A program made the position numbers and the translations under genes. The notes under the pieces are model-generated. The model saw only the letters and a program-made list of their open reading frames with translations, did not search any database and was not told the origin of the DNA. 64,000 nucleotides of DNA from Octopus vulgaris (taxonomy: Eukaryota), in contig OX597815.1 in the NCBI GenBank assembly GCA_951406725.2, forward strand, positions 140,368,001-140,432,000, read 5' to 3'. Of the stretch, positions 26,710 through 39,529 are shown one piece after another. The stretch's first letter is position 1, and each line of letters begins with the position of its first letter.

Positions 26710-28869
26710 GTGTGTGTGTTTATATATACATTTATGCGCGCGCACACACAATTGTGTATATACGCATACACAAACAGAAATGTTTAGCAATAATACCAAT
26801 GATCCTAGCCTTATACTGATTGATATTTAGAATGGAGGAAAACTCCAGCTGACATTATTTATATTTAGGGATGCAATCATTACTGTTTACAAGAGAGACA
26901 GCAAGTTTGTTAAAAGTTATTTAGAGTATCTGCCATCGGCAGATGAAATATCTGACTTTCAGAAGATTTCAGATCTCACGCATGAATTAATGATATTATC
27001 TCTGTTGTTCCACAACCGCAAGAGATATGTCATGAACAGAGAATCAACCTCTTTGTATCTCTTTCTTTGATTTAACGAAGGCACGCGATACTAATGTGAA
27101 AACCTCAATAATGACGTAATTTGCATCACAACATCACGGAGAAATCTTTTTAAAATCATTTTGTTCCAATCCCGTAATAATTAGGCATTTTTACTAACGA
27201 GTTACTAATTACAATTATAAATTACTTATTATTTCAAACAACTGAGAAAATTTGATATGACATATTCTTTCACATAAAACTGAATTTGATTGGTTGTTAC
27301 CGTTTAACACCAGATTACTCTTGATTAAACAGAGGTACGATCAAATGTTTCTAAATGTGTGACCTTTTGGTGACCGTGTAGTAGATATCAAGACTATGCA
27401 GAGGCAGTCGAGTTTGACTAAATGCATTACCATTTGTAGTCATATTTATATTTTCCCCCAGTGGATAAAGCCTTTAGAGATATCTAACAGTGAAGTGTTT
27501 TACCTCAACTGATTAAGCATCATGTCTGGAGAATTACAATACACTAAAAACAAAAACATCACACCAGCAATAATATCTTTAAGTATACAGATCAATGCAA
27601 TCTATATTAAGTTATTTTGCGTATAGAATACAGGAACACAGCACCTAACGCCAGACTATACGTGTGTATAGTCTCGTACAAATATACGATGCCAACGTTT
27701 CATTTGAAGGTTAAATTCAATACTCGCTCTCAAACAAATCCTTTGAGTGACTCACGAAATGAGATTCATTAAAACAGCCATTAAACATAGCTTGACCATC
27801 TACAGATAAAAGTCGAACTTTTCTCTGATCACAGTTCAATGAGAAATATGTGAGGATAATGAATATCACTAATTAAGGTCGACCTGTATTGAAACATTAA
27901 AACTAACAAACAAAATATATTACTCATCAATTATAACTGGGAATATCGTTTCTGACATAGATATACGAAAGTAGAACTGGCATCTAATACTGAATTTAAT
28001 ATAAAAAATATATTCAAGTTGTTATATGAATGCAGCAGAAACAACAGCTAGGTATTTCTACCCGGAAACATTTCCTATGTATAGCTATTTACTTACATAT
28101 ATATGTGCACATTTATGTATGTATGTATGTGTTTGTAATGTGAGCGTAGGCATTCAGTGTTATAGCAAGGGAGACATTGAGAAACGAAAACATTAAAACA
28201 AAAACATAGAAACGAACTTTTTTTCGAACAACGGAAAGAACCCCAGAGAAACGAAACATGCAACATAAAGAATATTTCCATTCATCAGTTGTCCCAGTTT
28301 CAACTACTCCACGCGTCGAAGGCAAGGACAAGACGCGACTTTGTTGAAACAATCCTTCCCGCAAAGCAAATTAAATAAAATTTGGGATCTATCTATCTGT
28401 TTACACACACACACACATATATATATTGGAAGTTTCATAGCCCTGTGGGCCTTACAACAAACGATTATGTATGAGATCTTTTGTTTAAATGAATATCTAT
28501 CTGTTCTACTTTTATATATTCTCACTATTTGGCATATTGAGAACACAATTTTGTTTATTAACTACACGTGATCGCATGTGACGAACTTATGAAGAGACAG
28601 TATAAGCACGTTTAGTCTTTTGCGAAGGTTGTGGGTAGAAAGGTAGATTCCCACTCGCCACTTGTCAGTGACGAGAGAGTCGAGGAGGAGGAGTGAGAGA
28701 GAGAATCGCGAGGGGGAGAGGAGAAGAATAGGGAAGGGTGGGAGAGAAAACACTGAAGGAAACTAATCACGTTCCCGGAAGAGAACGACTTGCTCACTGA
28801 CACCAAGCATGTTTCCCATTATGACTAGGTGTTAAAACAGCTGCTCAATAATTCAAATGTTGTAATTTA

Positions 28870-30010
28870 AGTTGTCTTTGCAAAAGCATTTGATAAAGTC
28901 GACGATGGTATATGTCACAAGTTACGTGACTTTAACATAGTCGGAAAATCCTGGAGAGTGGCTATACGACTTTCCATGAGATAGAAATCATGTAGTTGTA
29001 GCCAACTGGGATACCTCCAAGGAAACGCAAATAATGAGTGGTGTCCACTCGGCGTATTGGAACCACTACAATTCATAGTAGCTCACTTAGATATGCCCTC
29101 AACTGCTCAGATAGCCACTCTTGCTATTTACACAGACGATAATAAAGTCTCCCGAAGAACACAAAACAGAAGCTGAACGCTACTAATACGCGAAGCAGAA
29201 TGAAAAGCAAACAAGGGTCATAGGCTCAGAAGGGATTGCAATCTTAGAATCAAAATCAGATTGCGCCCTGGGTATTGACACGAGTAATGATGCATGTTAC
29301 TGTGTTGACAATAGAATGCTGGTTGCTGGCTGGTTGGATCCTTAGGACTTTCACATCGAGAGACCAGGAAACTATAAGGGTCGTCTGGAGGACATTTGTC
29401 CTTAACCATATAGATTACTGCCTCCAAATATGACCAACAACACAATGTAAAATTAACGTCAGAACTGGAAGCAATCTAGCAAAGCTACACAAGGAAGATC
29501 GTCTCAATGTGACATGTCATCTCCAGGGAGAGGCTGAAAAAGTTAAGACCTAACTCCCCAGAACGAAGACGGTAAAGATATGGAGTGATACACATCTGGT
29601 AACACTGGAAGAACGTGCACAGCAGAACTGAATAGTACCAAAGATCTTAACATTGCCATCAGGATACAGGACAAGGTACTGCAGCAGCTTGGGTTTCAAG
29701 GGATTACATTTCTTCAACATCCGCCCAAAAATCCTGAGGGACCTGCATAGGATGGATGTAAATATTTTCAAAAACAAAGTTTGATCTCCTCTTCTCAAAA
29801 GTTCCGGATAATCCTACCTAGTAGCAGGCATTGCATATGAGGGCAGCAACTTCAAACACCATTATGCCCAAATGCCACATATCTGAAGCGGTTTTAAGTT
29901 GTGAAACTACGCTAAGACGATGGCGGCAGCTCTAGAGTTGAAACTCTGGCGGCAGTTCTAGAGTATGGCGGCAACTCTAGACTTGAAACTAGTAAAAGAA
30001 TAAAAGAATA
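28870..30010 (+). mobile_element. Degenerate CR1-group LINE 3' fragment
   Basis: FAKAFDKVD, GEWLYDF, decayed YADD region, DYC..W.P; ends gaaactagtaaaagaataaaagaa; homologous to 39858-40563. Confidence 0.75.
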
Positions 30011-30065
30011 TATATATGTATGTATCTATGAATGTATGCATGTATGTATATGTGTGTATATGTGC

Positions 30066-30103
<38 letters not shown>

Positions 30104-30889
30104 GGGGACTTGCGGAATGAACAAATCAGACTAGATGAGAGGTGGTTTGCATGTAATATGGCCTGAAATTACATGATGATTGTCTATAATCATAGCCATA
30201 TGCTTCCCGCCTTCGTACATGATTTTTAAGACCTAACAGTGCTCGAAATAATCGTAATTTAATAATAAATGACACTGATGTCTCCATTGCTTTACTTTTT
30301 ACTGCATTTTCACAGACTGATGTATGTGTATACATATATCTGTGTTATGAATGCAAAGAAACGCATCGTTCTACTGGACTATATCTTCTCAGTATAACAT
30401 ATTAATATAGCGTTTCAGTAAAATACACTGGAAAATAACAAAGACAAATAAACTGCCTCACAAAGATATTTAAACTAAATTTGATTAATACGAAATAAAT
30501 GTCAATATTAATGAAATATGTTGTATAAAGCATACAAATGTATCATACTATCTTTTGTGCATTATCAATGTATTTCTGTAAATCATAAGCTTACCTCGAA
30601 TAATGATTAATACTCAGCGGAATTTAATTAGATAGATTCGAATCGAAGCAAAATATTTTAATGTATGATATATTATCTTCTGTAGATACACTGATTATTG
30701 CTATTATTGGTGTCTTACTAGATCAATACAATTATATGATGTTTGTATATTATTAAAGAAACAGTAAAAAGTGTTGTGATTGTGGAGAAGTTAAATGTTT
30801 TAAAGAGTCGACATGACAATTCCGCCAAAACATGTCCTATGATATATACAATACTGTACAGTTTTAATGTTTTATAAAAATATAAAGAC

Positions 30890-31063
30890 AGCGACCTGGC
30901 AGAATACTCAGCAGCATTTTGTCCGTCTTTAAGTTCTGAGTTCAAATTCTGTAGAGATAGATTTTCCCGCTCAATAAAATAAGTACCAATTGAATACTGA
31001 AGTCGTTGAAATAGATTATTCCCCATCCTGTAATTGTTAGCCTTGTGCCAAAATTTGAAACCT
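30890..31063 (+). mobile_element. Degenerate SINE (family of 38480)
   Basis: gttctgagttcaaattc B-box region; tail ccttgtgccaaaatttgaaacc. Confidence 0.7.
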
Positions 31064-31073
31064 ATATTTTATA

Positions 31074-31765
31074 CTAGACTACCCGTGACCCACTGGGTCA
31101 CCGAAGAAGTCTGAGTTTCTCAGCAGCGGAGTTCTTTTGTGTTTTTTTTTCTTTTCCGTGTTATTTCGTGTTATTTCGCATGCTTTCAACGAATGTGACA
31201 ACGAAATCACGCGTAAACGGCTTCTGTTCCCAAAAAAGGAAAGATTTGGCTGCTATTTCTTGCACGCCCTATTACCATGTAATAGGTATTTCGAATCCCT
31301 TATCGAAAATAACTGTTACGTGGTAGCAGGGTGTGCTAGAAATATCGCGTCTTTGGAGGTGACATATGTTGAATGCACTAGAAAGAAACCCATGGTAAAA
31401 AAGCTATTTCGCACCGAAGTTACGAACGGATCTTTTACGAAATATTAACCATATTTTTAAAGTCATTTTCAAATGAAAATAGTTTGCCCATCTAATGTCT
31501 AATGTCTAATGGAAAGGGTTAGAGTTTCTTCCCCTTCAGGGTTAAGTTATTTTCGGAGTATTTTCCCATTGTGCACCGTTTTGGGTATTACCCCCAAACC
31601 CCGAATATCTCAGTAACCACTGGTCTGATTTACGCGAAACTTGTTTTATTTTGTTCGTATTTAAATTTCAGACGGAACTTAATTCATAGTATTTCCCCAG
31701 CATTCGCCACTTTAGCTGGGTAAAATTGCAAGCAAGATTCAAGATCACTTTTAATGTATTATAGA
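31074..31765 (-). mobile_element. Non-autonomous Helitron
   Basis: Minus strand starts A|TC at 31765 and ends CTAG|T at 31074; subterminal hairpin gtgaccc-act-gggtcac at 31085-31101; no TSD. Confidence 0.65.
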
Positions 31766-31772
31766 TAAATAT

Positions 31773-31990
31773 AAGGTGGCGAGCAGGTAGAATCGTTAAG
31801 ACGCCGGGAAAATGCTTGCCGACATTTCATCCGACTTTACGTTCTGACTCCAAATTCCACCGAGGTCGACTTTGTCTTTCATCCTTTAGTGGGGTCGATA
31901 ATATAAGTACCAGTCGAGTCCTGGAGTCGACGTAATGGACTATCCCCATCTCCTAAAATGTCAGGCCTTGTGCATATAGTAGAAAGAAAC
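31773..31990 (+). mobile_element. SINE (family of 38480, caggccttgtgcatatagtagaaag tail)
   Basis: Core ccgaggtcgactttgtctttcatcc...gtcgataatataagtaccag. Confidence 0.85.
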
Positions 31991-33422
31991 ATTTTGTATA
32001 AATTTAAATACAAATGTCCATATGTAAACTTATTAAAATATATCAAAGTTCACTGAAAATTGCTTTACTGAAACGTAAGTATTTGTGTGTATCTTCTAGA
32101 AACGCTAAAATATATCATTGTAATTACCTATTTAACAATTATGAGTATTTGATTCAAAATGTTAATATCTTGAAGTAATGTAAACAGGAAATATAAAGAA
32201 ATTTTCTCGAAACTTCTGAAAGATTATGTATGTAAATGAAAATCTACTGAATGTGTATATCTAATTAATAAATACAAAACTATTTTGTTTCAACTTCAAA
32301 TACATTATAAGATCTTAAGTGTAATGTGTTCAAATTATTCGTTTTATCACCGTATACTTGAAACTGTATATTTACTTTTGCCTCTTTTTATAGTTGTGTA
32401 ATATTTTTATAATTATAAAATAAACACAAGATGGTAATGATTAAATATCAAGCTAAATTTTCATTTATAATAATACACTTGTAATAATACGCGTCAGTTT
32501 TCAATTGTATTAACACTTTGAAAAGAATAGCTATGTATGTTGTAACAGGAATTCAACTTTGCCGAAACAATCAATAATTCGCCTGTAGGAACTCCTATCA
32601 TGGTAACTACATCACTAAGAATACCCACTTTACATGTATTATTGAAATATGTCCTATTCCCTGACCCAGACATGGCAACTTCCTATATTTAAACACTAAT
32701 TCCTCGCTATATACAGATTCAGATCGTCTACGTATATCTGGGATATTCATTGTTATAATCTCAATGTTCTTTGAGCAGGTATAATAGTGGATTTGGAGAG
32801 ATAACAAAGAGAAGTACAGACACACATTTAACCGTAGAATGCCTTTTTGATGTATTGTATTAAACATTATTAATGTATTCTCTCGGTTAGGTGTTTAATG
32901 GCAGCTATTTATAGTTTGGAGACTTCAGTTAAAGGTAGAGCTTTAGTGATCCACTCATGCGATTCAGTATCAAAGACTCTCTGATACTTTATCCACACTA
33001 CGGTCAAGTTCCAGCGGTTCATTACTATTACTTCATTGATTATTTTCTTTATGAATAGCTGCCCTGCTAACTTGCTAACTACTCCCAGTTCTGTTTTCAG
33101 AACTCTTTTTCTATATTTGAAATAAATCAGTTTTCATCTCAACAATGTGTATCAGTTGGAGTATATTATTTCAAATCTCGGTAGTAAAGTTATGAATGCT
33201 TTGTCACTGGTTTGAAATTCATTTTCATAACCTATTACTGTCAGAAAGGTATGATCTTGGCTGCTGTAATTTACTGCTATCAGTGATCGATCTAGTATTT
33301 CTCTACATGAAAATACACTACTTTCCTCTACATCTTCTGACCGCTGTATTATATCCCGATGGATAGAGAATATATTATTTGCATGAAGATGGTGGAAACT
33401 AAATAATCAGTCGGAGTAAATG

Positions 33423-33560
33423 TTCTTTTCTGCTCTAGACGCAAGGCCCAAAATTTTGTGGGAGGGGTCCAGTCGATCAGATCGATCCCAGTACGCAACT
33501 GGTGCTTAATTTATCGACTCCGAAAGGATAAAAGGCTAAGTCAACCTTGGCGGAGTTGGA
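33423..33560 (-). mobile_element. 5'-truncated SINE, same family
   Basis: Reverse-complement core ctggtgcttaatttatcgactccgaaaggataaaaggc. Confidence 0.7.
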
Positions 33561-33959
33561 GTAAATATTGAGTGGTATGAATTAAAACACGGTTAACGTA
33601 TCTCTAATATTATACATACTATACAGAATATGTCTGTATATGCAAATACACTACTGTGTGACTCATTCAGACGAAAAGTAATCTACTTGACCTGTTCCAC
33701 ATTTCACTATAACTTTCGTCTGAGGTTTCGAAACAGATACCAAATGTTATCTCCTACACCTACTTAGAAACGTTGCACATAGTAGCGTAAATTTCTAAAA
33801 ATCTCAGTGCAATGTTCATGAAATCTCACCTTATACTTTTAAACAAGGAAAGGGAAATTGGATTATATAGACCAAGAAATAATTTGTCTGAAAATAAAAA
33901 AGAGGGGAGTTGTAGAAGGATAATGCTTGAAAAGAACATTTAGAATAAGAGATAAATGT

Positions 33960-34815
33960 TAAGTGATATTGGAAGAACTGAAACAAAGAGTAGAAGCAAT
34001 CAAAGCAAAACTAGATAAAGGAAAATACAGTTCAGGCAAAACAGATTGCTTCAGGAACTACATTGGCAAATATACGTAACAATGATACCAGATACAGAGA
34101 AAGGCAAGGTATTCTGGAGAGGGATCTGGGACCAACCTGTTGAGCATAATGATGAAGTGGAGTGGCTGCGTGAAATCCAAGATAGGTTAAGAAATACAGA
34201 AGTCCAAGAAGACACAAAGATAACCACAGAAATAATAAAAAAGCAGTTAAGAAAAATTCCCAAATTGGAGGAGCCCAGGACCGAATGTAGACCAAAGGTA
34301 TTGGATGAAGAAGCGGAGAGGGCTCCATGAAAGGATAGCAGAACAGCTAGATGAGTGCTTGCATGAAGGCGCAGTACCCAGCTGGATGACAAAGAGAAAG
34401 ACATTGTTATGTGCCAAGGATCCTGAAGAAGGAAATGTTGCATCCAACTCTAGACCAATAACATGCCTTCCGCTAATGTGGAAGCTAATGTCAAGTGCTT
34501 TGGCTGGTGAACTAACTGTACAGATATTTCGAAAAAAATGGGCTGCTACCCATTGAACAAAAAGGATGCCGAAAAAGGATCTAATTATCAGGAACTCCAA
34601 GAGAAGACATACAAACCTGAGCATGGCTTGGGTTGACAATCGGAAAGCATACGATATGATACCACATTACTGGATAATAAGAACAATGGAAATGTATGGG
34701 GCAGTAGAGAATATGAGAAGCCTTATATGGAATAGCATGAAGTACTGCAGAACGGAATTGATAGTAGGGAAGCAAGTACTAGAGGAGATGGAAATCAAGA
34801 GAGGAATCTTCCAAA
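33960..34815 (+). mobile_element. R4/Dong-clade LINE RT fragment (pseudogenised)
   Basis: FWRGIWDQPVEHN..EWL, PSWMT..T.L..KDP, NSRPITCLPLMWKL, LSMAWVDNRKAYDMIPH.WI, IKRGIFQ across frameshifts. Confidence 0.8.
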
Positions 34816-37763
34816 ATCTTCAAAATGTGCTACGATGGTGAGGAGACAAATAAATCTTGCCAGGACACCTACATCCACTTTGTGTAAGTCTCTCAGGCAC
34901 TTTGAGAGAATATTATAACGCTGTGAGCCCCTGAAACAAGCTGTCGCAGTAACTGGGCCTGAAGCGCGATGGCATTGCTCGTATCTTTGGCACTGTGCAA
35001 TGTCGACCAGTTCTGACATTGCACAGATAACAAGGCTATGGCAGTGTGATATTTCTAGGACATTTACAACGAGAAAGGTGGTCTTACAGCTGTTTCAGGG
35101 AAATAAATGATATCTCTTCATTAGAGACGAGTTAAGAGAGATTCAATTGAAGGAATTCGTAGAGTGCATTATATAGGAAATTATTTTTGAAAGGGAGAGA
35201 TACAGACAGAATGTGTAAAGGGAAATATGAAAATTAGAATACATGTTGGATGTCAAAGTTGTTCTATTATCCAAGGAATGTGCTGTGTAGAATGAGTAAA
35301 GAGGCTTCTTGTCCATGGTGTGTAAATTTCGATAGGAGTTCATATATTGTTATTCCAAATGGATAGTGTGCAGATATTAACTCTATGTGCTGTTCATTCA
35401 AAAGGATCTTGTTGTATGAAGGAAATTTTGAGAATATACTGGTTGGGGGATGAAGATAGAGAGAAAAGAATAGATAAGAATGTTAGAAGGAAGAAAAATG
35501 GTGTTAGTCAAAAGGATTAGGGGAAGCAAAAAAGAAAAGGAGAAAAAGGAGTGCTAGATGCTGGTCAAGATATTGTGAAGGGGTGGGAAGAGGAGAGCTA
35601 TCAGTAAATAAAAAAGAATAGGGGAGGGATAGAAGGAAGAGATAAGAATCTAAGGAAGGAGTATGTGTGAGACGTCGGAGGTGGGAATATATTTAAAAAG
35701 TGTTTAAGGTGGAGAGATAAAGAATTTGGTACAAGCGGTGGGTACTAAATGTGACTAGTAAATCTAGGGTGAGTAGTAAATCAGAGAGTGTACTAGCTAA
35801 AGTGATAGTGGGGACTGATAAATCAGTGAGAGAAAGAAAAATATGCATGTAGATATACGCACACGTGCACACATATACATATAAATATGTATACACACAC
35901 AGAAATAGGCTCACATACTCTCACACACACATATGCATATGGAATACAGCGTTCTCCTTGGTTTCTAACCTTCACCTTTCTTTCATGTCAGCCCCTTGAT
36001 GTTAACACTAACTGTTTTTCTCCCTCTTACACTCCATAGTCTCAACTTTCGAAACGTTAAGTCTATATAATTCAGTATAATGTAATATAATGTATAATAG
36101 AATATAATATACCATAATATAATATAATATTATGGTCGTTGCAGTTTTGAGGTTCGAAACACCCGATGATCGTTGGATACCGTCTGATATCATCCCTTCC
36201 CCTTGGCCAGAGCTCCATTCACTTTAGTGACGGGAAAAGAAGCACCTTCTTTTAGGTGTTATCAAGAACATAATATATTATTTGACACAAGGGAGCTGAA
36301 ATGTATTTGCTGTCAAGGTTAATATAACTTGAAGTATTTAGTTTCATCAGATGTACGGGCAGTGTCCACTTGCTCATCATGTCTGACTAATTATTTTACA
36401 AAAGTCTAAAAAAAACAAACAAAAGGGACCGATATGCCAGAACACTTAATAATCGAGGGAAACTTTCATATCAGTGCCCCAGCATGATATGAAGTCCAGC
36501 GATAGCAGCTGTTCAAATCGATATAATATACTCTATGATTGTTTTTCGAGTCAAGTTGTTTGTCGTGCTTGTATTAACTATCATATGGAAATAGGAAGCC
36601 GAGGAAATAAGAGCCAACTACACATACAGTGAAGCACTTTACTTATAATGTCACATAATTACATAAATAATGTGTTATTATAATTGAACACTTAGTTTCT
36701 ATTTAAATTTCGCAATATTGTATTCACTTTATGATTACAAAAAACAATATCGCAGATTAATAAAATAAGACAAAAATAATTAACTATACAAGTATAGTTT
36801 GAGAAATCATCAGAATTTCAACTCATTCCACAAAGCATCTTGTAAAATACTTGACGTTATAACTCAATAATTTGTAGTTTTTAACTGGGCAAACACAATT
36901 CAGTAAAATTTTATTTTCATATGTACTCTTTCAGAATTTTCTATAAATATCTTTTAAATGTTCTCTCTAGATAATTTCAAGATATTAACATTTCGAGACA
37001 AATAATTCTTATGTCTGCTCAATTAGAAATTTGACAATCATAAATAATTACATTTCAATGAAATAATCACAAGATTATTTTTATACATTCAGTTTAACAT
37101 ATATAGATGTATGTTGAACTTGTCAAATTATTAAAACAAACAGTTTGCATTTATGTTTTAAAAAATATTTTATGTATTTAGTAATATGATTTTCAGAAAT
37201 GTTACATACAACCTATCGGCAATATTTAGCTCTCTGTCACGTCTACAAGCAATGTGAACTCTTTTTATTGCTTGGTTAGAAAGACATAAATAATTTATCA
37301 ATATACTTGGTTCCTATGATACCATCGACATAATATACTTGGTTAGTACAATGACATATCAATATGTTTGGTTACTGAGACACCAGTAACATACCAATAA
37401 TCAATATATGCACTAACGAATATATCCTAAGCATGAACTACGCATTTCTAGTCGAGTTTATCTAACTCAACTATACAGAATATTAATCATTAACTAAATT
37501 TGAGATGAGATAACAATTTTCAGAACTCTATTGACAGCATACATAAAGAACTGTGACATATGTTTATGATTTACGAGTCTTTTGTTTAATTTCTTCTTAG
37601 TGCTTCCAATATATTGAACCGAGATGTTTGAGAAGAAGAAACGTACAGCTGAAGGAGTTGTTTCTTTGAGGCAAGCTTTTATTGACACACAAATGCCCTA
37701 CACATATGTATGTCGCCATACATACACACATCTCCGAATATATATGTAATGTCTATATCACCA

Positions 37764-37794
<31 letters not shown>

Positions 37795-37801
37795 GTATAT
37801 A

Positions 37802-38135
37802 TCATCATCATCGTTTAACATCTGCTTTCCATGCTAGCATGGGTTGGACAGTTCGACTGGGGTCTGGGAAGCCAGGAGGCTGCACCAGGCCCAGTCTGAT
37901 CTGGCAGTGTTTCTACAGCTGGATGCCCTTCCTAACGCCAACAACTCCGTGAGTGTAGTGGGTGCTTCTTACGTGCCAGGCGAGGCTAGCAACGGCCGCG
38001 ATTGGTTGGTACTTTTTACGTGCCACCTGCACGGAGGCCAGTTGGGGCGGCGCTGGCAACGGCCACGTTCGGATGGTTCTTTTACGTGCCACCGGCATTG
38101 GTATCGCAACTACAATTTCCATTGATTTTTGATCG
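37802..38135 (-). mobile_element. SINE-like retroposon with (GAT)n tail, probably RTE-related
   Basis: catcatcatcgtttaac start on +; ggatgcccttcctaacgccaac motif; internal repeated ttacgtgcca units. Confidence 0.65.
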
Positions 38136-38479
38136 ATTTCAATCTACACACATATATATATAAACATATACATGTATACATACACACATAAATATAAAAA
38201 CAGCATGTGTATATGTGTGTGTGTTGTAGGTGTGTTGGTATATGTGCTCCCATGTGTGTGTATACACTAATGGAACCGAAATTATAGGTAGAAATTACAT
38301 CACTCTGAATTAGCATGAAAAGCAAGTGTACTAGTCCTGTACCGATCACCATTAGATAACATACACACACACACATACACACACACACACTTAAACAAAC
38401 ACACACATACGTATCTAATTCTATTTTCGAAATGAATAACATTGACATGCGCAGCCAGCTTGGAAGTATCGTAACCGGC

Positions 38480-38710
38480 AGGGTGAGCTGGCAGAAACGT
38501 TAGCACGCCGGGCGAAATTCTTAGCAGTATTTCGTCTGCCGTTACGTTCTGAGTTCAAATTCCGCCGAGGTCAACTTTGCCTTTCATCCTTTTGGGGTCG
38601 ATTAAATAAGTACCAGTTACGCACCGGAGTCGATATACTCGACTTAATCCGTTTGTCTGTCCTTGTTTGTCCCCTCTATGTTTAGCCCCTTGTGGGTTAT
38701 AAAGAAATAG
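38480..38710 (+). mobile_element. tRNA-derived SINE with conserved central domain and Tx1-like tail
   Basis: Head gagctggcagaaacgttag...gagttcaaattcc; core gccgaggtcaactttgcctttcatcc...aagtaccag; tail similar to 12505-12554. Confidence 0.88.
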
Positions 38711-38799
38711 GTATAGGCTTAGTCGGCTGGAATTTACAGACTCGTCACAAGGTGATGCCCGACATACATTTGTAGGTTCTTACTGAGTGCTGCTGTCAA

Positions 38800-39290
38800 G
38801 AAAGCTTGCGCAAGGCAGGTGGAAGTGTTCAAGTATTTTGGGGCCGTTTTCTCAGATGATATAGGGTAGGGGACTGAATTAAGTGTAAGAATGGCAGGAG
38901 CTGGTGCAGCAATGCATCATCTTTAACATTCGGTTATGAAAAGAATGGAGATAGATGTAAAAACCAAACTCTTTATCTTCAATTGGGTGGTTCGTGCCTA
39001 TTCTTACTTATGGTCATGAATCTATGGTAATTACCGAAAGAACAAGATCTCGAATACAAGCAGCCGAGATGGGGGTCCTTCAGAGAGTCTTTGGAGAAAT
39101 ATTTCTTCCTAGAGTGCCTAGATTGCAGGCAGAATATCTAGTTCTCTGTATTGAAAGATTACAGCTCCGGTACTATGTACATGTGGTAAGAAAGTCTCAG
39201 GAAATGATCGCTGCACAGACTTTACGGACAACACCAACCGGAAAGAGACCTAGGAGTAGACCACGAGCAAGAATGTTGTTCTCGTTTGAA
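38800..39290 (+). mobile_element. RTE-clade LINE 3' fragment
   Basis: QVEVFKYFG, KTKL.IFN..VPILTYGHES, RIQAAEM..L.RV, QLRYY.HVVR, GKRPRSRPR. Confidence 0.8.
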
Positions 39291-39529
39291 GATTCAACCA
39301 ACTCAATTGCAGGAGGTGTATGTCTGACGGGACCCACTGAAAGACCGTTTTTGAAGATCTTGCAACCGCGAATCTCCTACGAATAAGCAGGTGAAGATTA
39401 TACACACACATACACGAGTGCACATATGCGTGCGCGCACGCACACAAGCATGCGCACGCAGACTGACAGAGAGACAGGGAGATAGACTAACAGATAGACA
39501 GAAAGGCACATACACACACACACACAAAA

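Noticed and set aside
28270-28340. ctgatga on the minus strand as a permuted hammerhead
   Set aside because: GAAA and stem registers cannot be satisfied in this copy
37295-37410. Three aatatacttggtt-like motifs about 30 bp apart
   Set aside because: Degenerate short tandem repeat; too few and too variable to be an array
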